Assembly (NCBI GenBank): GCA_045544855.1
Contig: JAZPZV010000055.1
Location: 19,189 to 83,188, forward strand
Length of the DNA stretch: 64,000 nucleotides
Origin: Eubacteriales bacterium
GTDB lineage: Bacteria; Bacillota; Clostridia; Oscillospirales; CAG-382
Reading direction: 5' to 3'
Under the pieces are notes generated by a model. It ran no database searches and was not told where the DNA came from. It worked only from the letters and a program-made list of their open reading frames with translations. Each line of letters begins with the position of its first letter. Position 1 is the stretch's first letter. The translations under genes were made by a program, and so were the position numbers. This document shows, one piece after another, positions 9,459-17,929 of the stretch.

Positions 9459-9507
9459 ACGGGGGGAATAAAGACTACGCATGGATCGAAAGCCGTCCGC
9501 CGACTTG

Positions 9508-9911
9508 GTCATCCTGAGGGAGCCCGAAGGGCGAGTCGAAGTTTCCGCAGTTGAGGCGCAGCCGAACCGCGGAAACCAAGGGGTGCTTGCACCCCGAAAG
9601 GATCTCCTACGAATTTGATCTACCCCTACAAAGGCAAATTTACATCCTTTGTGATAAAACAGTTCTTTACCTTTGGAAAGGAACATCAGACTCTCAGTAG
9701 ATCCCGCCTATCGGCGGTTTTGCTCCGAACGGCTCATCGCGGCCAATACAGATCGAAAAGCGTAGAATATCTATGCCGCTATGCAAAACGGCTCTGCCGT
9801 TTTGGAGTCTTAGGAGCAAGAGCCTTTTCTTCTCCGCAAAACTTCGACGTGCGCGGAGATGACTGTAATGCGTAGCCACATCTACTATATTCCGCACTTG
9901 CTCAGGATGAC
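9508..9911. repeat. TIR-bounded MITE-like element (A-E1, 404 bp)
   Basis: GTCATCCTGAG at 9508-9518 and CTCAGGATGAC at 9901-9911. Confidence 0.7.
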
Positions 9912-10030
9912 ACGCTGACGTTGGAAGCACTCCCGCCCTACACTTCCCACCTCGGTTCCAAAAACGGCTTGTCGTTTTTGACGTCGGCGAAACGATACCA
10001 CGCATAAACCGAAGGCTGAACGCCGACTTG

Positions 10031-10412
10031 GTCACCCTGAGCGGAGCAGGCGTGGGGCGATGATGTGTCTTGAACCGCAACAAGAAAAGCCTGCGGAGTC
10101 GAAGTTTTGCTTTTTGAAATTGCCCGTTGTCTTTGGATATGCAGTTCCTTTTACAGCAATTTCTAAAAAGCAAAACCGTAAGGGGTCTCCTACGAGTTTG
10201 ATCTACCCCTACAATGGCAAACTTACATTTTTTATGATAAAACAGTTCTTTCATTTCGAAAAAGGAACATCAGACTCTTATGAGATCCCGCCTACGGCGG
10301 TTTTGCTCCGAACGGCGTAAACGCCTTTCCTTCTCCGCAAAACTTCGACGTGCGCGGAGATGACTGCAATACGTAGCCACATCTACTACGTTCCGCGCGT
10401 GCTCAGGATGAC
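10031..10412. repeat. TIR-bounded MITE-like element (A-E2, 382 bp)
   Basis: GTCACCCTGAG at 10031-10041 and CTCAGGATGAC at 10402-10412. Confidence 0.7.
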
Positions 10413-10566
10413 ACGCTGACGTTGGAAGCACTCCCGTCCCACGTTTCCCACCGCAGTTCCAAAAACAGCTTTAGCCGTTTTTGACGTCGGCGAAACGATA
10501 CCACGCATAAACCGAAGGCTGAACGCCGACTTGGTCATCCCTGCATCGGGTTTCTTTGGGGTTAAA

Positions 10567-10596
10567 GGGGACTTTCTTTTCCGAAAGAAAGTCCCC
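10567..10596. terminator. 13-bp-stem palindrome just downstream of rnj, terminator-like
   Basis: GGGGACTTTCTTT TCCG AAAGAAAGTCCCC. The U-tract on the rnj strand is weak. Confidence 0.4.
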
Positions 10597-10607
10597 TTAT
10601 CGCGTTC

Positions 10608-12401
10608 TTACATATTCACTTCGGTAACCAGCGTCACGATGATGGGCTTGCGCTTGGTCTTTTGGTAGACCGCGTTGAACAGATCGTCCTTGAGACGGTT
10701 GCCCAAGGCGGCGGGATCGGAAAGCCCACGGTCCAAGGATTTCTGCAGGAACTTCCGCGCCATCTCCTCCAGATACTGCAAAAGCTCCTCGTTTTCCTTG
10801 ACGTAAACAAACCCGCGGGAAACGATCTCCGGCAGCACGGCGATCTCCCCTTCGGGGGTGACCCCTGCGGTGACGAAGAGAATGCCGGCTTCCGCCAGAT
10901 TGATACGGTCGCGAAGGACGGCGGACTCCAAGCCCTCGCCCCCTGCACCGTCGATCATGATACGGCCGCTTTCCACCGCTTCTCCCCAATGAATGCCCCG
11001 GCGGTCCATTTCAATGATCCGCCCCGCCTCGGGAAGAAGGATGTTCTGGGGCTTGGTACCCAAGGCCTTTGCCAGATTGGCGTGGGCCACCAAATGCTTG
11101 TACTCACCGTGAAGGGGAATGAAGCTGTCCGCCTTTACCAGGTTGTGAAGCACCTTCAATTCCTCGCGGCAGGCGTGGCCGGAAACGTGTACGTCGTCGG
11201 TACGGTCGGTGATCACCTCCACACCCAGCTTGTAAAGCTCGTTGATGATCTTGGTCACCAGCTTTTCGTTGCCGGGGATGCAGGAGGCGGAAAGCACCAC
11301 CAAGTCCGAGGAGGACAGCGTCACCATGGGGTGCGCCCCGAAGGCCATGCGGTAAAGAGCGCTCATAGGCTCGCCCTGACTGCCGGTGGTGATGATGGCA
11401 AGCTGTTCCGGAGGGAAGTACTTGCACTCGGAAATATCGATGACCAGCCCTTCGGGGATCTCAATATATCCCAACTGCCGGGCGGCGCGAACCACGTTTT
11501 GCAGGCTTCTGCCGGTAAGGGCCACCTTGCGGTTTGCCTTGGCGCAGGCGTCCAAGATCTGCTGAACCCTGTGCACGTTGGAGGAGAAGGTGGCCACCAC
11601 CACGCGGCGGGTGTCGTCGCTGAAAATGCGGTCAAAGGAGGCGTTGAGGGTGCTTTCAGAGGGGGTGTACCCCGGGCGTTCCGCATTGGTGGAATCGCAC
11701 ATCAATACCTTGACGCCTTTTCTGCCCAATTCGGCAAACCGCGCCAGATCGATGGGAGTGGTGCCGATGGGGGTAAAGTCGATCTTAAAGTCCCCCGTGT
11801 GGACGATGCGTCCGCAGGGAGTGGTGATGCAAAGGGCCACGGCGTCGGGCATGGAGTGGTTCACGTGGATGAACTCCACGTCAAATTCTCCGATGGAAAG
11901 CATTTCTCCCGCACGGATCTCAAAAAGATCCTCGGTGCGGATGTTGTGCTCCTGAAGCTTGCCGTCCAAGATCCCCAGGGTCAGCCGCGTGCCGTAGACC
12001 TCGCAGGGAACCTTCTTTAATAAATAAGGCACTGCGCCGATGTGATCCTCGTGACCGTGGGTGAGCACCAGACCTCTCACCCTGTGGGCGTTCTTCACCA
12101 GATAGGTGAAATCGGGGATCAATACGTCTACACCGGGCATATCCTCTCCGGGGAAAGCGATGCCGCAGTCCACCACCAGAATGTCCTCGCCGTATTCAAA
12201 GGCGGTCATGTTCATGCCGATGCCGTCCACCCCGCCCATGGGGATGATCTTCACGGTGTTGGGCTTCTTTTTCTCCGTGGCGGGCTTTTTGGCTTTGGGG
12301 GCGATCTTTTCCACTAAGTTTGCCCCGTTTTTGGCCACGTTCTTTTCTTTTTTCTCTTTCTTTTTTTGGATAATTTCTTCGATGTTGTTTTTCTTCTTCA
12401 T
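10608..12401 (-). CDS. rnj: ribonuclease J with a Lys-rich N-terminal extension
   Basis: Metallo-beta-lactamase motif THGHEDHIG, beta-CASP region and C-terminal domain. About 50 aa of K/E-rich sequence precede the conserved IIPMGG start. Confidence 0.9.
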   Translation of the reverse strand: MKKKNNIEEIIQKKKEKKEKNVAKNGANLVEKIAPKAKKPATEKKKPNTVKIIPMGGVDGIGMNMTAFEYGEDILVVDCGIAFPGEDMPGVDVLIPDFTYLVKNAHRVRGLVLTHGHEDHIGAVPYLLKKVPCEVYGTRLTLGILDGKLQEHNIRTEDLFEIRAGEMLSIGEFDVEFIHVNHSMPDAVALCITTPCGRIVHTGDFKIDFTPIGTTPIDLARFAELGRKGVKVLMCDSTNAERPGYTPSESTLNASFDRIFSDDTRRVVVATFSSNVHRVQQILDACAKANRKVALTGRSLQNVVRAARQLGYIEIPEGLVIDISECKYFPPEQLAIITTGSQGEPMSALYRMAFGAHPMVTLSSSDLVVLSASCIPGNEKLVTKIINELYKLGVEVITDRTDDVHVSGHACREELKVLHNLVKADSFIPLHGEYKHLVAHANLAKALGTKPQNILLPEAGRIIEMDRRGIHWGEAVESGRIMIDGAGGEGLESAVLRDRINLAEAGILFVTAGVTPEGEIAVLPEIVSRGFVYVKENEELLQYLEEMARKFLQKSLDRGLSDPAALGNRLKDDLFNAVYQKTKRKPIIVTLVTEVNM

Positions 12402-12426
12402 GTTGCTCCAAATTCGTTTTGTTTGG

Positions 12427-13719
12427 TTAGGTAATGGGGTCGGGAAGCTTCACCAGACGCACGTCTGCGCCCACGGCGTTGAGCTTCTCCACGATGCGCT
12501 CGTAGCCCCTGAGAATGTGATGGATATCGTCCACGATGGTAGTCCCCTCGGTGGCCAAAGCGGCGATGACCATGGCCGCCCCTGCGCGGAGGTCAACGGC
12601 ACGGACGTTGGCGGGGGTGAGCTGAGGCACGCCTGTGATCAGCAGGTCACTACCGGAAACCGTCAGCTTTGCGCCCATACGCTGTAATTCGGGCACGTAC
12701 TGGAAGCGGTTTGCCCAGACGGATTCCGTCAGTTTGCTTTCTCCGCCTGCAAGGCACAGCAGAGTGGCGATCTGGGGATGCATATCCGTGGGGAAGCCGG
12801 GATAGAAAGCGGTCTTGACACGGACGGCGTGCATGGGAGGTGCATCGGGTGCGGGAGCGTGGACGGTGATGGAATCGTCCCCTTCCTCAATGTTTACACC
12901 CATTTCCTCCAGCTTTGCGGTCAAGGATTCCAGATGGCGGGGAATCACGCCGGTGACGGTGACCTCCCCCTTGGTGGCGGCGGCGGCCATGATGTAGGTA
13001 CCCGCCTCGATCATATCGGGAACCACGGCGTAACGGCTGCCGTAAAGGTTCTCCACCCCCACGATCTTAATGGTAGGAGTGCCTGCGCCCATGATGTTGG
13101 CACCGCAGCTGTTCAGGAAGGAAGCCACGTCAACGATGTGGGGCTCTCTTGCGGCGTTGTCAATGACGGTGGTGCCGTTTGCACGGCAGGCGGCCAGCAT
13201 GATGTTGATGGTCGCCCCCACGGAGGGAACGTCCAGATACACGGAATTGCCCTTCAGTCCGTTTTCCGCACGGCAACGGATGCGGCATTCGGTACCGTCC
13301 TCCTCGACGGTGGCGCCCAGGGCACGGAAGCCCTTTACGTGCTGGTCGATGGGGCGGGAGCCGAAGTCACAGCCTCCGGGGTAGCCGGTCTCCACATGGC
13401 CGAATCTGCCCAGACCTGCCCCCAGCAGATAGTAGGAGGAGCGGAGCTTTGCCGCCAACACGTTGGGGATGTTGGCGCGGTTGACGTAGCGGGTGTCGAT
13501 CTGATAAGTATGGTCTCCCATGTAGGCGATCACGGCGCCCAGCTCGGTGAGGATCTCGCCGGCGTGACGGATGTCCGCCGCATCGGGCACGTTTTCGATC
13601 ACGCAAACGTCTCCCACCAAAAGGGTGGCAAAAAAGATGGGGTCTGCGGCATTCTTCATGCCTCCCGTCTCAATAACGCCCCGCAGGGACTTTCCGCCTT
13701 TTATATATAACTTTTCCAT
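12427..13719 (-). CDS. murA: UDP-N-acetylglucosamine 1-carboxyvinyltransferase
   Basis: MEKLYIKGGKSLRGVI start with GGAGG RBS. I trimmed the listed ORF (to 13869) back to the ATG at 13717-13719. Confidence 0.9.
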   Translation of the reverse strand: MEKLYIKGGKSLRGVIETGGMKNAADPIFFATLLVGDVCVIENVPDAADIRHAGEILTELGAVIAYMGDHTYQIDTRYVNRANIPNVLAAKLRSSYYLLGAGLGRFGHVETGYPGGCDFGSRPIDQHVKGFRALGATVEEDGTECRIRCRAENGLKGNSVYLDVPSVGATINIMLAACRANGTTVIDNAAREPHIVDVASFLNSCGANIMGAGTPTIKIVGVENLYGSRYAVVPDMIEAGTYIMAAAATKGEVTVTGVIPRHLESLTAKLEEMGVNIEEGDDSITVHAPAPDAPPMHAVRVKTAFYPGFPTDMHPQIATLLCLAGGESKLTESVWANRFQYVPELQRMGAKLTVSGSDLLITGVPQLTPANVRAVDLRAGAAMVIAALATEGTTIVDDIHHILRGYERIVEKLNAVGADVRLVKLPDPIT

Positions 13720-13774
13720 AGCTGCCTCCGGGAAAGGTGGTTTTGTAATAAATGGACAGAGATATCCTATTATT

Positions 13775-13803
13775 ATCATATCCTGTTTTCCATGAAATGT
13801 CAA
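13775..13803 (-). promoter_or_regulatory. sigma-A type promoter of murA-rnj
   Basis: On the minus strand: TTGACA (13803-13798), 17-nt spacer, TATGAT (13780-13775). Confidence 0.5.
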
Positions 13804-13876
13804 GAAGGATTTGCGACTTTTGTGTGAATTTACGCCCCTTAAAAAGGGAAGAAAACCGAAATTTTGCAAAAAACGC

Positions 13877-13905
13877 TTGACAAAAGGACAAAAATATGCT
13901 AATAA
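13877..13905 (+). promoter_or_regulatory. sigma-A type promoter of the rpmH operon
   Basis: TTGACA (13877-13882), 17-nt spacer, TAATAA (13900-13905). Confidence 0.5.
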
Positions 13906-14019
13906 TAATGATTGGCATACTACGATGTACGAATATGCCTTTTTTCCTATCCCAAAATTGCCAACCCGTCTTCACGGTAAGACGAGGCATAAAAAACCGA
14001 CACGGAGGTGTAAAGAGAT

Positions 14020-14154
14020 ATGAAGCGTACTTACCAGCCCAAGAAGAGACACAGAATGATGGAGCACGGTTTCCGCAAGAGAATGGCTACTGCCAACGGC
14101 AGAAAAGTTCTCAAGAGAAGACGCGCTAAAGGCAGATATAAGCTGACCTATTGA
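14020..14154 (+). CDS. rpmH: 50S ribosomal protein L34
   Basis: 44-aa [47 protein letters not shown] with GGAGG RBS. It is below the ORF-track length cutoff. Confidence 0.9.
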   Translation: MKRTYQPKKRHRMMEHGFRKRMATANGRKVLKRRRAKGRYKLTY

Positions 14155-14195
14155 TCTGTAAGCGATTACCCGAGCAAGGCGGTTTGAATATTCTT

Positions 14196-14555
14196 ATGGA
14201 AAAACGGAAGTATAAGCTCCACCCCTTGAAGAAGAATCACCTGTTTTCCCGCGCATACCGCAAGGGAAAAAGCGTTTCCTCTTCTACCATGGTGCTTTAC
14301 GTTCTGAAAAGCCGTGAGAAGGACCGTACCTTGCTCGGACTTACTGTTTCCAAAAAGCGGGGGAAGGCCGTGGTGAGAAACCGGGTCAAGCGTCTCCTGC
14401 GGGAAGCATACCGTTACCACTTGCCGAATCTTAAGAACGGATATCTGATCGTCATTGTTGCAAAGCAACCCGCTTGTACTGCGGAGTTTACCGTGATCCG
14501 CGACGAGATGGGAGAGTTATTGGGCAAAGCAACCCTTCTTGAGGATTCGTTATGA
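14196..14555 (+). CDS. rnpA: ribonuclease P protein component
   Basis: 119 aa, basic. [15 protein letters not shown] and [17 protein letters not shown] match the RNR motif region. The position after rpmH fits. The start is uncertain (14151 TTG is the alternative). Confidence 0.8.
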   Translation: MEKRKYKLHPLKKNHLFSRAYRKGKSVSSSTMVLYVLKSREKDRTLLGLTVSKKRGKAVVRNRVKRLLREAYRYHLPNLKNGYLIVIVAKQPACTAEFTVIRDEMGELLGKATLLEDSL

Positions 14556-14803
14556 AGCGTATCTGCATTGCCATGATACGGTTCTACCAAAAGCATATTT
14601 CTCCGGCATTACCGCCATGCTGTCGTTATATGCCGACGTGTTCCCAGTACGCCATCGAGGCCATCGAAAAGCGCGGGGTGTTCGTCGGCATTTTTTTGGC
14701 TGTCAAGCGGCTTTTACGTTGCAACCCCTGGGGCGGCAGCGGGTTCGATCCCGTTCCCGAGCGTCGGAGAAAAAAGATCCCCCCAAAAGACCGAAAGGAT
14801 TAA
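14552..14803 (+). CDS. yidD: membrane protein insertion efficiency factor YidD
   Basis: [27 protein letters not shown] motif. ATGA overlap with rnpA. Confidence 0.85.
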   Translation: MKRICIAMIRFYQKHISPALPPCCRYMPTCSQYAIEAIEKRGVFVGIFLAVKRLLRCNPWGGSGFDPVPERRRKKIPPKDRKD

Positions 14804-14812
14804 AAACAAATT

Positions 14813-16231
14813 ATGGATTTCCTTTACGTTCCCTTTAGTTACGTCATGAAGGCCTGCGTATGGATCTCGCAGAATTCTTACTTCTTCGGTTTGCTCTTCT
14901 TCGCTTTGGCCTTTGAGATCATTCTGCTTCCCCTTGCCATCAAGCAGCAGAAGTCTCAGATCGCTATGGCCAAGATCAGACCCAAGGATTACGCCATTCG
15001 CAAGAAGTATGCGGGACGTACCGACCGCGTGACCCAGCAGAAGATGCAGATGGAGATCAACGAGATGCATCAGCAGGAAGGGGTCAGCCCCTTTTCCGGC
15101 TGTCTGCCTCTGCTGATCCAGCTGCCCATCATTCTGATTTTGTTTACCATCGTCCGTGAGCCCGTGACCTATTCCTCCAACTTTACCGACGACGCAATGA
15201 CCCACATTCAGGTCACCGTGGAAGAGGAGCACGAGGAGTATAAGGACGAAGCCTTTTCTTCCTCCATCGTTCGGTATTCCTTTGATTACCTGGACCATAT
15301 CCGCCAAAATCTGGTGAAGGATCACGCCGCCGCCAAGGAGGCGAACAACATCCTCATCGCAGAGCAGGTGAAGCTGGGTGCTACCGTGGAGTACAAGGAT
15401 CCCGAGGCGGAAGACAAAGAGATCCTGAAGCTGGCAAACGGCTTTGACAAATACACCCTGAAGAAGGGTGGCAGCGCAGGCTACCGCGAGACCGCTGTGG
15501 CTTCCGTATTTGCAAGCTTCGGCGAGGATTACGTGGCCGCTTTGAAGGAAGCAGGCGCACTGCCCGCAAATTACCAAAACCCCTACGAGCTTTACGTGGA
15601 AGAAAATGGGGAGAAGGCTTACTTCACCGATATGATGCCCAACTTTACCGTGTTCGGCGTCAATCTGCTGAACCAGCCCTCCTTTGATTTTGGCGAAAAC
15701 GATACCTGGCAGGATTGGGCGCTTCTGTTGGTTCCCGTTCTGGTATTCCTGACCTCCTTCCTCAGCCATAAGGTCACCATGAAGAGCCAGCCCGCTCAGA
15801 CCGGTCCCGACGGCAACCCCGTAAAGCCGGGGCTGTTCATGACCGTGGGTATGCCTCTCATGTCCACCGTGTTCACCTTGATGATGCCTGCGGCCATCGG
15901 TTGCTACTGGATCTGGCGTACCTTGCTGAACATGGTCAAGGCTCCCTTGATGAACAAGTTCTACCCCATCCCCCGCTTCACCCAGGAAGAGCTGGATGCG
16001 GCGGCCAAGGAGCTGATCGCCAAGAGCAAGGGCAAAAAGAAGAAGGTCATCACCATCGAGGTGGATGAGGACGACGACAGCTATGCAGACCTTGAGGTGC
16101 AAAGCTCTGCCGCTTCCCACGTGGAGACCGCACGTCCCAAGCCCTCGGGCAAGAAGTCGGAGCTTCCTTACCGCAAGCCCACCTCTATTGAGATGCTCTC
16201 TGCGGAAGACGACGAGCCTACCAACGAATAA
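14813..16231 (+). CDS. yidC: membrane protein insertase YidC (long form, 472 aa)
   Basis: KQQKSQIAMAKIRP and GCLPLLIQLPI motifs. It has a large soluble insertion and a charged C-terminal tail. Confidence 0.85.
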   Translation: MDFLYVPFSYVMKACVWISQNSYFFGLLFFALAFEIILLPLAIKQQKSQIAMAKIRPKDYAIRKKYAGRTDRVTQQKMQMEINEMHQQEGVSPFSGCLPLLIQLPIILILFTIVREPVTYSSNFTDDAMTHIQVTVEEEHEEYKDEAFSSSIVRYSFDYLDHIRQNLVKDHAAAKEANNILIAEQVKLGATVEYKDPEAEDKEILKLANGFDKYTLKKGGSAGYRETAVASVFASFGEDYVAALKEAGALPANYQNPYELYVEENGEKAYFTDMMPNFTVFGVNLLNQPSFDFGENDTWQDWALLLVPVLVFLTSFLSHKVTMKSQPAQTGPDGNPVKPGLFMTVGMPLMSTVFTLMMPAAIGCYWIWRTLLNMVKAPLMNKFYPIPRFTQEELDAAAKELIAKSKGKKKKVITIEVDEDDDSYADLEVQSSAASHVETARPKPSGKKSELPYRKPTSIEMLSAEDDEPTNE

Positions 16232-16247
16232 GTAAAAAGGATTGTTT

Positions 16248-16874
16248 ATGATAAGAGAAGTAATCGCAACCGGCAAGACGGTTGAAATCGCGCTGGAAAA
16301 CGGTGCGGCTGAACTGGGGAAGACCCCCGATCAGGTTCAGCACGAGGTACTGGAAGAGGGAAAGAAGGGCTTGTTCGGCATCGGCGCCATCGAAGCAAAG
16401 GTGCGCGTGTTCATCCCCGAAACTCCCGCCATCCGTGCCGTGGAATTTTTGGAAAAGCTGATCGAAAACATGAAGCTGAACGCTTCCGTTGAGGTGGTTT
16501 CCGAGACGGAAGAGGAGGTTTCTCTCAACGTGGTAGGTCAGGGCCTGGGCGCTCTGATCGGCAGAAGAGGGGACGTGCTGGACTCCGTTCAGTACCTTGC
16601 CACCCTGTCCGCCAACCTGGGCAGACCCGGTTACTACCGCGTTTCCGTGGACGCGCAGGGCTACCGCGCAAAGCGTGCCGAGACCCTCTGCGGCATGGCC
16701 CGCCGTATGGCGGAAAAGGTGCTGAAGTACCACCGTGCTTTTGCCCTTGACCCCATGTCCGCTTACGAGCGCCGCATCGTCCATGCGGAATGCCAGAAGA
16801 TCGAGGGCGTTACCACCTACTCCGTAGGTGAGGGCGCAGACCGTAAGATCGTCATCGCTCCCCAGAAGGACTAA
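16248..16874 (+). CDS. jag: Jag/KhpB RNA-binding protein (Jag_N, KH, R3H)
   Basis: GRRGDVLDSVQYL (KH) and ERRIVH (R3H). ATG at 16248 has AAAGGA at 7-nt spacing; the listed 16242 start is a TTG. Confidence 0.85.
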   Translation: MIREVIATGKTVEIALENGAAELGKTPDQVQHEVLEEGKKGLFGIGAIEAKVRVFIPETPAIRAVEFLEKLIENMKLNASVEVVSETEEEVSLNVVGQGLGALIGRRGDVLDSVQYLATLSANLGRPGYYRVSVDAQGYRAKRAETLCGMARRMAEKVLKYHRAFALDPMSAYERRIVHAECQKIEGVTTYSVGEGADRKIVIAPQKD

Positions 16875-16889
16875 GTCAATAGCGTTCCG

Positions 16890-16922
16890 TCCTCCTCCCC
16901 CAACCGGGAGGAGGATCTTTTT
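16890..16922 (+). terminator. intrinsic terminator after jag
   Basis: TCCTCCTCCC CCAACC GGGAGGAGGA followed by TCTTTTT. Confidence 0.7.
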
Positions 16923-17023
16923 GCTTTGGTGGTTCCGGGAAAGGCGAGGGGGACACGCCCAAGTCGGCACAGGGCTTTTGACGTATGCGAGGTTTTGCTT
17001 CGCCGTATTGGCGGTGGCTACGT

Positions 17024-17358
17024 GTCATCCTTGAGTTCAGGTTTGCAAGCAAACCGTCGAAGTTTTGCGTAGGTGAGCGTAGCGAACGGAGAAAATCAAG
17101 GGGTGCTTGCACCCCCGTAAGGGGATTAGCAGGGATATGAGACGAGTCTGATGTACCCTGCCAAAGGTGAAGAACTGTTTATTGGTAACAGGCAGAACGG
17201 AGAACGGCTGTATCGAAAAGCATCCCATACCCTCCAAAACTGCAAGCAGTTTTGTCCCTTTCCTTGGGCTAACGCCACTCGTCAAGGTTCGACGCGGCAG
17301 GGGTCTTGCTGTGTGTTCCTTTAGAAAGTATTGTGCACCCTGCCTTGCTCAGGGTGAC
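17024..17358. repeat. TIR-bounded MITE-like element (B-E1, 335 bp, type 1)
   Basis: GTCATCCTTGAG at 17024-17035 and CTCAGGGTGAC at 17348-17358. Confidence 0.7.
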
Positions 17359-17388
17359 AAGTAGCCAAAGCGGCTACAACGTCAGCGT

Positions 17389-17760
17389 GTCATCCTTGAG
17401 TTCAGGTTTGCAAGCAAACCGTCGAAGTTTTGCGGAGAAGAAAAGGCTCTTGCTCCTAAGACTCCAAAACGGCAGCGCCGTTTTGCATAGCGGCATAGAT
17501 ATTCTACGCTTTTCGATCTGTATTGGCCGCGATGAGCCGTTCGGAGCAAAACCGCCGCAGGCGGGATCTCATAAGAGTCTGATGTTCCTTTCCGAGGCTA
17601 AAGAACTGTTTTATTACAAAGGATGTAAGTTTACCTATGTAGGGGTAGATCAAATTCGTAGGAGATCCCTTCGGGGTGCAAGCACCCCTTGGTTTCCGCT
17701 GTTCGGCTGCGCCTCAACTGCGGAAACTTCGACTCACGCTTCGCGTTCGCTCAGGATGAC
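17389..17760. repeat. TIR-bounded MITE-like element (B-E2, 372 bp)
   Basis: GTCATCCTTGAG at 17389-17400 and CTCAGGATGAC at 17750-17760. Confidence 0.7.
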
Positions 17761-17929
17761 TAAGTCGGCGGACGGCTTCCGGCTTATGCGTAGGTTTGCC
17801 TCGCCGACATCAAAAACGACAAGTCGTTTTTGGAACTGCGGTGCGAAGGCAAGTCGGTGGTACGCGGCCGATCCTTTGGGTTGATGTTTTGGAACGAAAA
17901 AACATTTTTCAAAATTTTCCTTTTTCCTC

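Larger units (their letters stand above)
9460..10545. repeat. repeat array A: linker / element / linker / element / truncated unit
   Basis: Internal direct repeat 9603-10040 vs 10187-10541. The same modules recur at 16.9, 44.4 and 55.3 kb. Confidence 0.85.
16925..17885. repeat. repeat array B: linker / element / short linker / element / linker
   Basis: 17419-17790 is the reverse complement of 9481-9850. 17024-17358 is homologous to 44501-44833. Confidence 0.85.

Noticed and set aside
9414-10320. ORFs of 86-186 aa inside repeat array A (9414-9686-, 9615-9875+, 9694-10254-, 10060-10320+), with similar peptides in other arrays (e.g. ...SPQNFDVRGDDCN).
   Set aside because: Copies differ by 1-nt indels and block indels that break the frames. 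There are no RBSs, and the similarity is explained at the DNA level by the repeat modules.
9460-10545. Possible CRISPR array, because conserved units alternate with other sequence.
   Set aside because: The units are 117-400 bp rather than 24-48 bp. The would-be spacers are themselves repeated elsewhere, no cas genes are present, and there is no regular short periodicity.
13720-13869. N-terminal extensions in the ORF track for murA (to 13869). The same applies to the DUF4855-like gene (to 42269), metF (from 5279), rpsG (from 26461) and rsmI (from 61156).
   Set aside because: Internal starts have proper RBSs and match the conserved N-termini of the families. The extensions run through promoter or intergenic sequence.
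17148-17176. A hammerhead-ribozyme-like CUGAUG...GAAGAAC motif in a conserved repeat module (also at about 44621 and about 45150, and as the complement at about 9672-9700).
   Set aside because: The core does not fit CUGANGA-stem II-GAAA. The position equivalent to A9 is U, and the would-be G12 varies (U or G) among copies. One copy has CUGAUA.
17284-17295. A tRNA T-arm-like AAGGTTCGACGC (similar strings lie in array C).
   Set aside because: No acceptor, D or anticodon arms can be drawn around it. It is part of a repeat module.
17306-17884. A 192-aa ORF covering most of array B.
   Set aside because: It runs through the reverse complement of noncoding array A modules. The frame is not preserved in the homologous copies.
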